Shown here: positions 12,299 to 26,403 of the stretch, piece by piece
Position numbering within the stretch: the first letter of the stretch is position 1
How the letters are laid out: each line of letters begins with the position of its first letter
NCBI RefSeq assembly: GCF_964188315.1
Contig: NC_135660.1
Coordinates: 34,410,001-34,474,000, forward strand
Source: Podarcis muralis
Taxonomy: Eukaryota
Length of the DNA stretch: 64,000 bases
Direction: 5' to 3'
Made by a program: the position numbers and the translations under genes
Notes under the pieces: model-generated
The model's input: only the letters and a program-made list of their open reading frames with translations
Told to the model about the DNA's origin: nothing
The model's database searches: none

Positions 12299-14774
12299 CT
12301 GACCACACATTCAGCATCACTGGAAAAGGGATCCAAACACCTGCTGCTATATTTACCTGCAGCTCTTCCTAGCAATTAGGAGCCCCGATTGTCCTTGTTC
12401 AATTATATAGGCCTCTAAATGTGTTTTTTTTCTTTCTTCCTAGGAGCATCCCCAATACTTGCTGAAAGAAAATTGCTCTTTGGTCTTCAAGGGGTGGCAT
12501 GAAAGGAGTCTTTAAATAACAAAACCAACTTCCAAGCATTTTTGGAATCCTAATAAACCCTTTTGGGATGTTTCCCATCGGTCAATATTTGCCACTAGTG
12601 AGGTCACTATTGCTGAGATTTTCTATGAACAGTTTTTGTTCCTCCAGTTTTATGTCTCTTCATAGTTAACTTCTGTGAATGCCTCATTAAGGAGGAAGAC
12701 ATAAAATGGAAAGGCTTATCTGAAGGAATAGACTGAGGCCCCTGTATGTATTCGTTATTTTTATTATTTTAAAAACCCTGTTATACTTCAGTGCGATATT
12801 TTTGCCTCTGTGCATCATTTACAGGTACATACGTTGCACCCCATGTGTCATTTTGTAGCCCCTTTCAATCACATTGGGAGATACCTTTGGGGAGCTCTTC
12901 AATATCTGCTTTGGTTTCCATCTCTGAGCCATTTGTCGTCATGAGCAAACTGGGCCATCTCACTGCTCAACCCTCTCTACTTCCAGATAATGAATGAACA
13001 AGTTAAAAAATAATAATCTATCCCAATGCAGATCTTTTGAGTGTCTTCTTCCTTTTTTCCATCCATCCATCAGGTGTTTACCTTAAGTGAGAGTAACTGA
13101 AGTCACTACTTGCTACACTTTTTCTTCCAAATGTCCTTCTCCCTTTCAAGATTACCTTCAGGATTTTGGTCATAGATGAGATAGTATGCTTCCAGTACTA
13201 AATTACTATTTGAGTCCAGAATTACTACCCAGTGATTCTGTGGAGGCAAAATTCATCCGCTCACAGTGTTACCCCATCCCCCCTCATGTGCCCTTTATTA
13301 CATAGTTTATCTTGCAGCTTTCACTGTCCCAGCTGTTCACATGTGGAGGTCTGGGATTTGGAGTGTTGTTCATATTCAGCAGGCAGAATGCAGAGCTCTG
13401 TGCCAGGGGAGTGCTGCTGGTGTTACTCTGTAGGTACAAGAAACAGCGGGACACCTCCTCCCAGTCCAACATCTTTTCAAAGCCAGCACAAAGGTTTGGA
13501 CTGGAGTATCAGCCATTAGCTGTATTGCCACTGTCTTTGCTGCATGCAGAACATTGCAAATTGGTTCCATCCAATCTGTTTTATTCAGTTTGGGGAGTGT
13601 GAGAATACTTTTAATGGTTTATGTCAGATTTGGTCTTAATCTGGAGTACGTGTGTCAGGTTTAAGTATACTACCCTTGTAGGAGCCCTGTCCTCAAACTT
13701 GTTACAGCATTTCCCACTGGGTAAATGTGAAAAACCAGAGAGGAGCAAGACTTTGTTAAAATATAAAGATGAAACTCTTGCAACATTCTCATTCTACTAT
13801 GTGAAGTTTATTATATTAGATGCAGATAATGAAAGTGGGCAGATAACTCAATGTAAAAGCATTTTTTTATTCTTCCACCGGAGACCTCATTTTCAGATTC
13901 ACCACTGCTTTTCTGATTTTGGTAATAATACTTCGTTCCACTTTGCTGAGAGCTCAGATTAATATACACAAAGAAAACCAAGCACCATTGTACTGGAGCT
14001 TGTGTTTTGATGTGCTGCATGTGGCTTTAGAATGTGTCAAAGAAAATAGCCAGCTTCCCCACAGACTGAGGAAGCAACGCGAGCACAATTGAGATATTCA
14101 TCTAAAAACTCTGCTCTATTTTGGAGGAAATATTCTGAATGCACCATAAAGACTCTTTAGTATTTATGGAAAAGTCTTGTCACAAACCACCAGTAGTTAG
14201 AATAAGTTACAAAATAAAGAACCATACAATGGCAAGAAGCCAAATGAGCTCTAATACAAGATTTACTCATATTCTACAAGAATATTTTCATTGGCCAAAT
14301 ATGCTGGGCTCCCTGGCTAAACTGGGAGTGAGGAAAGCACACACTTGGAAGTATAGTCCCAATGATCTTTCAACATGCCACTCACAAGTAAATGGATTTA
14401 GGATTGAGGTGTTAAAACCTCCCACTTGCTTCTAATTTTATTGTTGGGGAATTTACTAAAAATGCTACATCCTATGCATACAACATTCCAAATAACATTA
14501 AGAAAAAGCCATATTTCCATGGGCAACAACCAGTAGTCAACTGAATAATCAGACATGAGAGGTTTTGTTCAGATTTTATTGAAGCAAGCCTGCACAACTG
14601 CATCCAAACATTATAAGAGGAAAATAACTCCACAATTCTCTTCAACCACCTTTGGCCATTTTGAAGTGCTCTTTCATGGCTTGGAGACAATATTCACATT
14701 TTCCTATCTTTTGTTTGGAATATAGTCTGCTTCTACAAGAAACTTAGGTATTTAGCACAGCAGGAAGTTGAATT

Positions 14775-14812
14775 TCACTGGATATCGTCATCATCAAACA
14801 TATCTTCAAAAT
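14775..14812 (-). CDS. COPS9: COP9 signalosome subunit 9 (CSNAP), exon 3
   Basis: tttgttag|AT TTT GAA GAT ATG TTT GAT GAT GAC GAT ATC CAG TGA, encoding FEDMFDDDDIQ*. Confidence 0.96.
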
Positions 14813-15534
14813 CTAACAAAAACAAGGCAGTGAATTAACATCATGCATATTAATTATTCTGATTTTTAAAAACAATTCTGAAGAGCTAAGCAACAATGCA
14901 AATTTCCCAGTAAAGTGAGAGACCTGAATCCAATTATCAAACTGTACAATAGATTCAACTGAAACCAGGAAGGAGGTTATTATTTATGGGAAAGCCTCCC
15001 TGCATGAGCATGATTCTCTGGATACAACCCAGTCAGTTATGTTGTAAGCCTTGATATCTAATGGCCAGTTTCTTAAAATGGCTTTCTCCATCCCACCCTG
15101 TTTTAGAGATTCAGGTTCCCACAAGTATGAATTCATACCACTCTCTCAGCCACAATCACTTCTGGTTTCCTTACCATAGTTGTTTTGCCCTCTCTGTAGC
15201 TATTATTTGTGCATATAGCTTCCATTCCTTAACTGCCTTTGCAGGTGATGCACTTTGAAGCAGGCAAAGGAAACACCAAAGCTCAGTGCAACACTACAGA
15301 AAACCTCCCCTATGCCCCCAATCATGGAAAGCCAAAGGAAGGAAACTGTGTGCTGCTTGTCAGCGGACTTAAGGGCACTTCCCCAGAAAGTGGATTTGTG
15401 GAAGCTTGCCCCGCATGTTCATTATAAGGGCTACTGAAAGTCACCAAAAACAATATACTAAAATGGTTACCATATGGAACCCACCAAGTCACATTTACTA
15501 AGTACCCCTGGGTTGTATTCAACTAAGTGTTATT

Positions 15535-15730
15535 TATTTATTTATATCCCACCTTTTTCTCCAAGGAGCTCAAGGTGACGCTCATGGTTCTACCCCATCT
15601 CATTTAACCCCCTAAATAACTCTGTGAGGTAGTTTAGGGTAAGAAGCAGTGACTGGCCCAGTCACCCAGTGAGCTTCATGACCAAGTGAGGATTTGAAGC
15701 CTGGTCTCCCAGGTCCTAGTCCAACACTCT
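15535..15730 (-). mobile_element. MIR/CORE-type SINE in COPS9 intron 2
   Basis: ctctgtgaggtag...gtgactggcccagtcacccagtgagcttc...gcctggtctcccaggtcctagtc. Similar copies at 56345-56565 (+) and ~62140-62300. Confidence 0.65.
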
Positions 15731-16180
15731 GTGTTGGCCCACTGAAACGAATGGACCTAAGGTAATCATGCCCATTCATTTCAATAGGTTTACTCTTGAG
15801 TATGACCAACACTGGATACAAAGGAGTGGGTATTCACCACATGGACCCCAAATTACAGTCTCATCACAAAAGCTCTGGGCATTTCTGGAATAAACAGCTA
15901 TAAATAAATGCAATTTGAGGGATCAGCATACATTCTCCACGTGTTACTATCACCATGCAGAAGCATTTCACAGTAGTTTCTATTTAGCTGGAACCCATTT
16001 AATAATAAAAACTCCCCCCACCCCCAAAAATCCCCAAGATACACAATTGCCCTGGCACATGTGTTTTGAGTTTAACAGATAAATTTTTTTAAAGTCTCCA
16101 TCTATGGCTTAACCCTCCCCTCCTGCTATGGAAACTTTGTTCCTCAGACAGGTTTTTGGCTTTAATTAAGGGAAGAAGAC

Positions 16181-16300
16181 CCTATGATCCTCCAGATACT
16201 GCTGACCTCCCACTTCTGCCATCCCTGGCCATTAGCCATGCTGGCTGGAGATGATGGGAGTTGGGAGTTAGGAGTCCAACAATTCTGGAGGGCCACAAGC
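16181..16300. mobile_element. Short palindromic squamate MITE (ccagatgtt-gactacaactcccatc-gatgggagttgtagtc-aacatctgg type)
   Basis: Internal inverted arms. Related copies at ~35225-35340, ~51505-51620, ~58445-58560 and ~61720-61860. Confidence 0.6.
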
Positions 16301-16423
16301 CATACATACTTTAATTTCTAAATGGAAGCTTTTTTCTAAGTACTGGTTAGAAAATCAATTTACAATCTGCTGGACAGTGGCTAAAATAAACATGATGGGT
16401 TTAAGAATTTAAAAATGTAACTA

Positions 16424-16525
<102 letters not shown>

Positions 16526-18199
16526 TCAACTATAAAAGCAATATACAGAGAATCATTATTGCACTGTTTCATATACCCTTTCATCTTGGATCTCAAACTT
16601 CCAAATCTGACTGCCTATGATTTTCTACCTATGCCACTACACACTTTCATCTTCTGCAGCCCTTACTGCAGTATAGTAGTTTAATCAGGCTTGACCCTCA
16701 TTTTGTCCCTTTCAAGTGAAAGGATACAAATATTTTCATGCCCTAGGCTCCTTTGGCTAAAAGTGCTGGGTAAATAATAGCAATAATGGGAAAGCACCTG
16801 CCCAGAAATAATAATGGAAAATGAATTGCGCAGAAATCCATCAGTGCACCAGGAGATGCCCTGCTGGGGAGATCTGCAGAACAGCAATGGAATAGAAGCA
16901 AACCCAAATGGACCTTGGATTATGTCAGATGCAAAATTTTCAAAGTTGACCCGATAAATAGCTGACTGGGAAAAGCTACTTGCCTGGCTGGTGCCATTTT
17001 GGTACCAGGCAAAGATCTTTTTTTATTTCCCCCATCTTTTAACTCTAATTTCTTTTGTTTCTGCTGTGTGTTTATGTATTTTAAATATTTATAAATCACC
17101 CTTCCTCAAAAGGAGCTCAGGGCTATGTACAACACACCCAAGTCATGATAGGTAACAGCAACAATCAGAGGAAAGGAGGACACACCATACGTGGGTAGGA
17201 AAAAACATTATGGACGAAATAATTGTCACACATAGGAAAGAATAATGATAACAGAGTTCCTCACTTGAAGTTTTATTAATTACTTAATGTAACAACACGA
17301 ATAGAAATCATCAAGAATGCAGCTGTTCTATAAAGGTTTATAAATTTAACTGGAATGTAACTGAAATTAACAAGATTTTGGAATGCAGGAAAAAAGCATT
17401 GTTATAATGCGGCTATTATTGGAATAATATTGGAAAAGTAATAACAACTTATTTGGTTTTTTTAAAGAGTAAAAGCATAATGCGAGGAAGTCTCATTATT
17501 AAAACTCTGATTTAAACACTGATGATGATGATTAAACATCATACTAAAAATGCCTTCCAACTGTTTCTGAAGAACAATGCCGGTGGCAGATGTTGATACA
17601 CTGCCTATATATGCTTAACTGCCATTCTGTTTTACTGCATGGATTTTTAGATTGCAACTTTTCCATAAGGCATCCTGAAAACTTAGTTTTAGGACAGCAA
17701 ATACTACTGGAAATAAATAGAGAGGATGCAATGCTCACTTCTTGTCAATGCATCCGTACTTTCATTTTCTCTTCCTCATAAGACTCACAGACAACTGGAT
17801 CAAGTTGCTAGGGGGGGAAATTAGCAACAAAAGGCTGAAGTTATTTTTGCCTCCCAGCATTTTTTTTGTGAGATATTCCTCTCTGCCTTTTTCAAAACCT
17901 CAGTATTATACAGGAAGCTCGAGCGTTGCCTGTGGAACCAAAGTGCAAGCATGGGAGGTGGGGAGCAGAACGGGGGGGGGGGGGGCTGAAGGTTGGCAAA
18001 AAAATATTTAAAAAATAATCCTATCGCAGCTTCACACATACTACCGGCGCATTTTTATGTCTGTTATATTCTAAAGATATTTAATTGTGGGGTTCCCCCC
18101 CCCCCATCGCTTTTAATCTGTTCATATTTTTGATCTGTAAGCCGCCTCGAGTCCCTGTCAGGGGGGGAAAGGCGTGGCACAAAATAATTAAACACACAT

Positions 18200-18850
<651 letters not shown>

Positions 18851-19041
18851 ACGTCCCATTGGACTCAGCGGGGCTTGAATCAGAATTGAAATTAATAAGA
18901 TTTTGGAAGGCAGAAATAAAGAAAATCATCAAACCATCAATTCTAGAACGCGGGGGGACGGGGACGGACCTAAATTATATAATTTGATTTTTGAATTATT
19001 GGTATTAGTGCTTTTTTTCCTTTAAAAAATGTTTAGGAGTA

Positions 19042-19293
19042 CAGCCATACCTGACGCTGCAGGTTGTGTTTTTTCGGCTTATGGACGCACCAAAAACCGG
19101 AAGTACTGGAACGGGTTACTTCTGGGTTTCGGCGGTCGTGCATGCGCAGAAGTGTTAAATCGCGCTTTGCACATGTGCAAAAGCGTTGGATCGCAAACCG
19201 CGTGTGCACAGACGTGGTGCTGCGGGTTGCGAACGCTGCAGGTTGCGAATGTGCATCCCGCATGGATCACGTTTGCAACCCGAGCACCCACTG
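19042..19293. mobile_element. Tigger/pogo-like MITE upstream of COPS9
   Basis: TA|cag...cgagcacccactg|TA ends. CpG-rich interior. Confidence 0.65.
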
Positions 19294-19486
19294 TACTTCC
19301 ATTTTCCTACTCATATTGAAGTACTGCCCCTCGATGAGGCCAAACTTAGATTCACAAAATGTTTAGGGGTATGCGTACCCCCAGATAAAAAGCACTGATA
19401 TTAGTAATTGTATTATGAATTGGTATTGTTATAATGAGGCTATTATTGGAATGTAATTGAAAACTAATAAAAATTATTATTAAAAA

Positions 19487-19628
19487 GAATCAGAATTGGG
19501 AGGGACCACGAGGGTCATCCATTCTGACCCCCTGCAATGCAGAACTCTTGCCCCCACCCCTAAAGCTGGGCTCGAACTCACGACCCTGAGATTAATAAGA
19601 GGCCCATTCTCCTCCAACTGAGCTATCC
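19487..19628 (-). mobile_element. tRNA-Lys-derived SINE with CR1-type tail
   Basis: Minus-strand gatagctcagttggag...aatctcagggtcgtgagttcgagccc, followed by a CR1-like end. Confidence 0.7.
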
Positions 19629-19872
19629 AGAGGGTTTTAGAATTTTACTGTTAAAAAGATTCCAAGGAGGTAGACAAAAGGCGTGAAAAAATGCCAGTGT
19701 GGTTGCTTTAAAAAATAAAAATAAACCACTCAGCCCACCGTGTGGGGAACAGAGAAGCAGGGAGTCAGGGGGATTGAACAGGATGGCATGGGGTTCCCAG
19801 GTGCCATTTTGTCCAGGGCACCTCAGACCTGGAAGCATCACTGCCTACTGCTATTCCTGAGAAGCTGCTTTA

Positions 19873-20367
19873 TACCCGGAAACTACAACTAATCCAGAAT
19901 GCGGCAGCTAGACTGGTGACTGGGGGCGGCTGCCGAGACCACATAACACCGGTCTTGAAAGACCTACATTGGCTCCCAATACGTTTCCGAGCACAATTCG
20001 AAGTGTTGGTGTTGACCTTTAAAGCCCTAAATGGCTTCGGTCCAGTATACCTGAAGGAGCGTCTCCACCCCCATCGTTCTGCCCGGACACTGAGGTCCAG
20101 CACCGAGGGCCTTCTGGCGGTTCCCTCATTGTGAGAAACAAAGCTACAGGGAACCAGGCAGAGGGCCTTCTCGGTAGTGGCGCCCTCCCTGTGGAACTCC
20201 CTCCCATCAGATGTCAAAGCGATAAACAACTACCTGACATTCAGAAGACATCTTAAAACTTCAGGGAAGTTTTTAATATGTGACATTTTAGTGTATTTTT
20301 GGTTTCTGTGGAAGCCACCCAGAGTGGCTGGGGAAACCCAGCCACATGGGTGGGGTACAAATAACAA

Positions 20368-20409
<42 letters not shown>
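19873..20409 (+). mobile_element. 5'-truncated L2 LINE with (TAT)n tail
   Basis: LQLIQNAAARLVTGGGCRDHITPVLKDLHWLPIRFRAQF, with the same 3' end as 6371-6851. Confidence 0.9.
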
Positions 20410-20410
<1 letters not shown>

Positions 20411-20946
20411 TGAAATCAGACCATTGGTTCATCTAGCTCAGTACTGTCCACACTGCCTGGCAGTGGATCTCAAGGGTTTTAAGAATGAGGCCTTCCCAGC
20501 CGTACCAAAGTCATGGGAGGTTGTGGGAGGCAAAACGTGCTCCACCACTGAGCCAAGTCTTTCTGATCCTGGAAGCAGTATGTAGTCATCAAAACTAGTA
20601 GCCATGGACAGACTTATCCTCTACAAATTAGTCTAACCTCCTTTAAAAACAGTTTTAGCCGTCATGTCTTGTCGTAGCAGCTTCTATACTTTAACCGTTC
20701 ACTGTGTGACAACCAATTTTTTTTATCTGTCCTAAATCTCCGACTTCATTGGATGACGCCTGGATCTAGCATTATTTGAAAAGGAGAAAAACTTCCACTG
20801 CATATGCATCATTTTATATTCTTCTGTCATGTCCACCCCCACCTTTTCCCCCTAAACTAAAAGGATTCAGTTTCTCATAACACTAATCTTGGTTGCTCTT
20901 TTCAAACTCTACAACATCCTTTTTGAGATGCTGTTTCCCGAACCAT

Positions 20947-21276
20947 AGGTAAAAAGGTACCCCTGACCATTAGGTCCAGTCACGGACGACTCTGAGGTTA
21001 CGTGCTCTATAGCCCGAGGGAGCCAGAGTATGTCTGCAGACAGCTTCCGGGTCATGTGGCCAGCATGACTAAGCTGCTTCTGGTGAACCAGAGCAGTACA
21101 CGGAAACACCGTTTACCTTCCTGCCAGAGCGGTACCTATTTATCTGCCTGCACTTGGTATGCTTTTGAACTGCTAGGTGGGCAGGAGCTGGGACCAAACA
21201 ACAGGAGCTCACCCTGTCGCGGGGATTCGAACTGCCAACCTTCTGATTGGCAAGCCCTGGGCTCAGTGGTTTAGAA
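20947..21276 (-). mobile_element. Sauria SINE whose head is interrupted by a hAT element
   Basis: Same body as the other Sauria copies; breaks at ggtttagaa, where the hAT element inserted. Confidence 0.85.
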
Positions 21277-22125
21277 CAGTGTTTCCCAACCGGTGTTCCG
21301 CGGCACACTAGTGTGCCGCGAGACGTTGCCTGGTGTGCCGCGAGATGTTGCCTGGAGGGAGGCGGGCGAGTCGGGCGGCGAGAGGCGGGGCGGCGGCGGC
21401 GAGGAGAGGCCGCCCAGCGCGGGGCTCTCACCGTCTGCCTGCCTGGCTGCCTGCGTGGCGCTGACGTCACGGGGCTGTAACGTGCCCCACATAGGCACAC
21501 GCGGGGCGGCGAGCGAGCTCCCTCCCACATCCCATCGCCGCTCGCTTCGGCCGGCCTACTGGGCTGTCGCAGGCGGAAGGCCTGCGCATGCGCGAGGTTT
21601 TCGCGCCTTCGGGATTCCCTTCACGCCTTCCTCCTCCCGGGTCCTTGAGAGCGCGGGAAGCGGCAGCGCGAGACCGGCGTTGAGCCTGGTAGGTATTGCG
21701 CTTGCCAAGGCAGTCATTTGGGAAATGAAAACTTGCAAAGCAAGCAACCAGTTCAATCTGAAGTACGTGTATGCTTAATATCCTGTATCTGAAACCTGTT
21801 CTGCCCCCTCCCCCACACTTGGTGCCATTTTCATCTACACATGCAGCAGAGTAAGTTGACCCAGAATAGTACCAATTCAGATGGCAGATGGGAGAATGAC
21901 AGTGCTGAATGCTTTCCCATGTAGAACAGTCCCTGCAAATAAAAACCTAGCATATTTGGAAGAGGGATGCTAGCCTAACCATTACCTTCTATGCTGTTAC
22001 TATTTTTTTTTTTTTTTTTTTACATAAGTAAAAAGTGACCTTTCCCCATCTGGCATGGTGGTGTGCCTCGAGATTTTTTTCATGAAACAAGTGTGCCTTT
22101 GCCCAAAAAAGGTTGGGAAACACTG
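21277..22125. mobile_element. Non-autonomous hAT element with 8-bp TSD and CpG-rich interior
   Basis: TIRs cagtgtttcccaacc / ggttgggaaacactg. TSD GTTTAGAA at 21269-21276 and 22126-22133. Subterminal gtgtgcc(g/t)cgag repeats. Confidence 0.93.
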
Positions 22126-22437
22126 GTTTAGAACCATACTGTGTTCCTAATCATAGACGCATGCAATGTCATCACACAGATTTATAGAACTATGGATACA
22201 TGGGGCTCTAGAGAAAACAGCAGTAGAATCAAATAATTCTTTATTCTGCTTGCAAAAAAAGGTAAATAGTAAATATATATAGTCTTTAAAAAGAAGCCAC
22301 ACTATGATTAACATTAGAAGTACCAGGAACAGAAGTTACGTATTTGATATAAAAGAAGCAATGAAATAACACAGTTGTTAGAAAAGCAATTCTGGTGATC
22401 CGTTGGTATTGGTAATTGTTGGGAATCGCCAAGTGAG

Positions 22438-22800
<363 letters not shown>

Positions 22801-24061
22801 TTATTCAAAGTATTTTAAGCTGCTGTTTAGAGCTACACCCTCGTGAAGCGAGTGAGAGAGAAGGTACAACAGGAAAACAGTTGCTGCAGAACGGATGTGC
22901 TGATTAGTTAGTATGAGAAGTTGCTCTGACATCACAAGCTATATGTGGCATCCGTTAAAGGTAGCCATGGAGATGAAGGAAGGTCTTCAAGGCTCACTAC
23001 CATATTGGTTCAAAGATTAGCTGCCTTCGAATATCGGCCACAGATATCTTTAAGAGGAATAAAAAAGGCCCTAAATCTCTGGCACCATCCAGTTCTTTTT
23101 ACAATTTAAAGAGAACGTGGAACCTCTAGTGTTTTTTTCTCACCAGGCAACTAGCACCACCTGTTGAGAACGTTGGGTGATCCTTTTACCAAAACTATGA
23201 AGTAAATGGAAATTCCATGCAGTTTCCAAGGTCTCTTAAATCACAGCTTCTCTATGTATAAAAGTGCTACCAGAGGCCACACTCCAGTTTTATACACACC
23301 AGCTTGGGGTGGAGGGAGTGTTTCTGCTACATGAATATACTTCTCATTGTGTTGAATGCTGGTTTTCTCCTCCTGATTGCTGCAAATGTTTGGGAAGAAT
23401 GAAAGAAAAAGCAACCAGACCCCGAAACATTGAAATATGAAGTCATAGAATCCATGGTGGGTCTTTAAAACATGGTATATAAATCCAAATTACCCCAGGA
23501 AAGTGAATAGTGCTACATAATACTTAAATTTCAAGTTCAGCTGGATGTGGCCATATAATTTAGCTTTAATCAACATTGTGCTGCCAATTTGATTAATGTG
23601 CTCTGGCCAGGGGAATCAATGGCCATCTGTCTGACTTCAACTGGTTCCATGGAGACCCTATTCCGAGATGCAAAGTTCTAGCTTCAGAAACTAGATGGAG
23701 GCAGCACTGTTTCCCATCTGCAACTCCTGATTCAGGAGTGGTGCAGCCATCCTAAATGTTATTAATTCAGTATCATTGCAGATTGTGCTATTTCATATGG
23801 TGATTTACATTCTGCCTTGCGAACAGTTTCTTTAAAAGGAAAACCTTTATGTGTGTTTGTAATTTTGGCAATTGCAGGTTTTAGTTCCTGTTCCTACTAA
23901 ATGTTGAATTGATGGTTTCTCGGGGGTGTCTGATTTGGCTCAGTTACTTTCAAATCTCCTCTGACATTGGATCAAACTTCACATTTGCAAGAATTCCCAT
24001 TTTTAGATAAACTAGAGATGGGATTGAGCGAGACAACCACAAACATACAAAATCCCTTTAC

Positions 24062-24088
24062 CTTCTTCATCCTCGATCGGTCTGGCAC
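24062..24088 (-). CDS. OTOS: Otospiralin 27-nt middle exon
   Basis: ccctaattacag|GT GCC AGA CCG ATC GAG GAT GAA GAA G|gtaaag. Keeps the frame between the flanking phase-1 junctions. Confidence 0.9.
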
Positions 24089-24371
24089 CTGTAATTAGGG
24101 AAGAAATTCATCATCAGCCACTTGGTGAAAAGTCACAGTTTTACAAAGAGCTGCTGCTCCGTCACCACAAAACTAATAAGCAGCTAAGTTTCTGGTTTTC
24201 AAAATACTGTAATAAAAGAATAGTATGTTTCAACTCTCACTACACATCGGGAAATTAAACATTCATTATATTTGAATGCTGTATCATATTCCAAGCATAT
24301 TGCAATGAAGAAAGTAACTGACCGGGGGTGGGGTGGGGTGAAACAATATATATCTATTGCAATAAAGATAC

Positions 24372-24429
24372 CTGTTTGTGTGTTCACCAAAACGCAGAAG
24401 CAAACTATGACCGCAAAGGTTAACTTCAT
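24372..24429 (-). CDS. OTOS: Otospiralin first coding exon (signal peptide); spliced CDS is 270 nt, 89 aa
   Basis: ccttgcag|gaaagATG; MKLTFAVIVCFCVLVNTQT + G|gtatct. 58 coding nt; total length equals the 89 aa of human OTOS. A possible non-coding exon donor, gaag|gtaatt, lies at 24722/24721. Confidence 0.9.
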
Positions 24430-25669
24430 CTTTCCTGCAAGGAATATTTCTGTCTGAAGTTTAGCCTGTATAAAGAATGATGATGATGATGATATCAAAA
24501 TATAGAAAAGCTAAATCTACACATTTTCTTTCTGCATAAAACACACCTTTTTGTCTTGTGAACAGTACACAACCCATTACATTACTAATTGCAAAACTTT
24601 TTTTTTACAAAGTACAATGATGCTCTTTTGTTTAGCCCCCTGCAAACATCTACATTTTGCATGAAATTTGATGCCTTGGAAACCACTTACTATTGGGTTT
24701 GGTTTTAACTTCAGAAATTACCTTCCCTTCTTTCTTTTAAATCAGCTGACGTTTGTAGCTTTGAGTCAGCCGCAAAATCCTGAATGAGCTTCTATTGCTG
24801 CAAAATAGCAGTACTGTTTTGAAGAGGCTGGAGGAGTGTTTGTAAGGGAAGGAACGTCACTCACACAGCACACCAATCTGACTCTTTCATCCTAATCTTG
24901 AGATGTTTACAGTGTGCTGCTAATATGAATGGGGTGGTAGAATATCAGTGGTGCAAAACTGCAAATCTTGGAAGTCTTTTATTTTTTGCCATTTCACTTG
25001 TATGGAATCCAGGATCCAACTTCAGTCATCTTTAATATATTGTTGCGTAATCTAGTGTACCATACCTGATGTTAAGTGCTGTGTGTATGGCTCTGCTGAG
25101 TGAACAGAAAATCTCAGAGTTAATTTTTAGGACACCCAGATAATTCAGTTTCAGTTATAGTACTTGAATTTAAAGCAGTTTGTTCCTACTGAAGCACGTA
25201 AGGTTAATGCCCTAATCTTAAACTCCTGTGGTAGCATGTCTGCCTTGGTTGTCTGAGATAAGTCATAAATAATCTTAAATCCTAGCAGTATTTAATGGTG
25301 TTTTGGATTGGATTGCCTGACATTCCAGTTTATTCTCTGTAAGAGTAGATCTTTTCAACCAGAAGGCTTTAATGATGATGATGATGATGATGATGATACT
25401 GGCAGCAGGAATTGCTTTTGAGTTAAGTGATTATAACTTTCATTTTTTCACCACTATTTCAGGAGTGGGGGAACAGTTGGAACATGCTGTTCTGTGCTGT
25501 TTTAGCAGCTAAAGGTGCCTCATGTGGATTTCAGTCTACAGCAAAAAAAAGCTAGGAGGAAAATTGAATTCTGAGGTATTTCACTGCTTCTACAAAGACA
25601 GCTCAGAAAGTGCTGCAGATTTGTTGGTTCGCTTCACGATGATACCATTGAAAGATGCAGAGGACCTAC

Positions 25670-25970
25670 TTAACCCCAGTAAAATTAGCAAAAATGTATA
25701 GAACAAGTACCAATATATGTTGGAAATGTAAAGGAAAAGAAGGTAAATGGAATTGTAATGTAACAAAAAAATTCTGGGAAATATAATGAAATGAAAAAAA
25801 TGTTAAAAATAACCTTTTTTATTAGGAATTATAGGTACCGTGATCCCAAAGATCAGAGGAAGCTGGTCACATATGCTACAATGGCCGCTCGGATGCTACT
25901 AGCCCAGAGACGGAAGGAAGAGGAAACTCCGACCAAAGAAGAATGGCAAATCAAGCTGATGGACGATGCC
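25670..25970 (+). mobile_element. Decayed L1 ORF2 C-terminal fragment
   Basis: CWKCK-like start, then LVTYATMAARMLLAQRRKEEETPTKEEW, homologous to the end of ORF2 at 41335-45096. Confidence 0.75.
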
Positions 25971-26177
25971 AAAAGTCAGCATGGTGCAAATGCTACTGAT
26001 CCTGCCTACTTTTGCCGCAGCAACCCCCAGACTGAAAAAGGTTCTCTGCTCCTGATTTAGGCAGCAGTTTGTGTCTTAAAGATGCAGGTCACTAAGAGCC
26101 CATTACACCAGTAGGCCATTATCTGCCGTGGTTTGTTAAACCTTCCAAGGACCTTCAAAGCCAATAGCAGCTCTGTC

Positions 26178-26403
26178 CAGTGGTACCCCGGGTTAAGAAC
26201 TTAATTCGTTCTGGAGGTTCGTTCTTAACCTGAAACTGTTCTTAACCTGAGGTACAACTTTAGTTAATGGGGCCTCCGGCTGCTGCTGCGCCGCCACCAC
26301 AGGATTTCTGTTCTCATCCTGAAGCGAAGTTCTTAACCTGAGGTACTATTTCTGGGTTAGCGGAGTCTGTAACCTGAAGCGTCTGTAACCCGAGGTACCA
26401 CTG
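26178..26403. mobile_element. Tigger-like MITE, family copy 1
   Basis: TIRs cagtggtacc(c/t)cgggtt / aacccgaggtaccactg; right end followed by TA. Confidence 0.88.

Noticed and set aside
13284-13590. Minus-strand frame with CSAC and an in-frame TGA, considered as a selenoprotein or pseudogene
   Set aside because: No SECIS seen and no recognisable family; a single stop in a ~100-codon frame is expected by chance.
14139-14435. HILQEYFHWPNM resembling a Gypsy integrase zinc-binding region
   Set aside because: The H2C2 residues and downstream DDE region are absent; the segment lies at the COPS9 3' UTR end.
19565-19628. tRNA-Lys-like sequence (and other tRNA-like heads at 12240-12298, 34100-34170 and 46215-46290)
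   Set aside because: No intact acceptor stem or anticodon arm, and each is joined to a SINE body, so these are SINE heads rather than tRNA genes.
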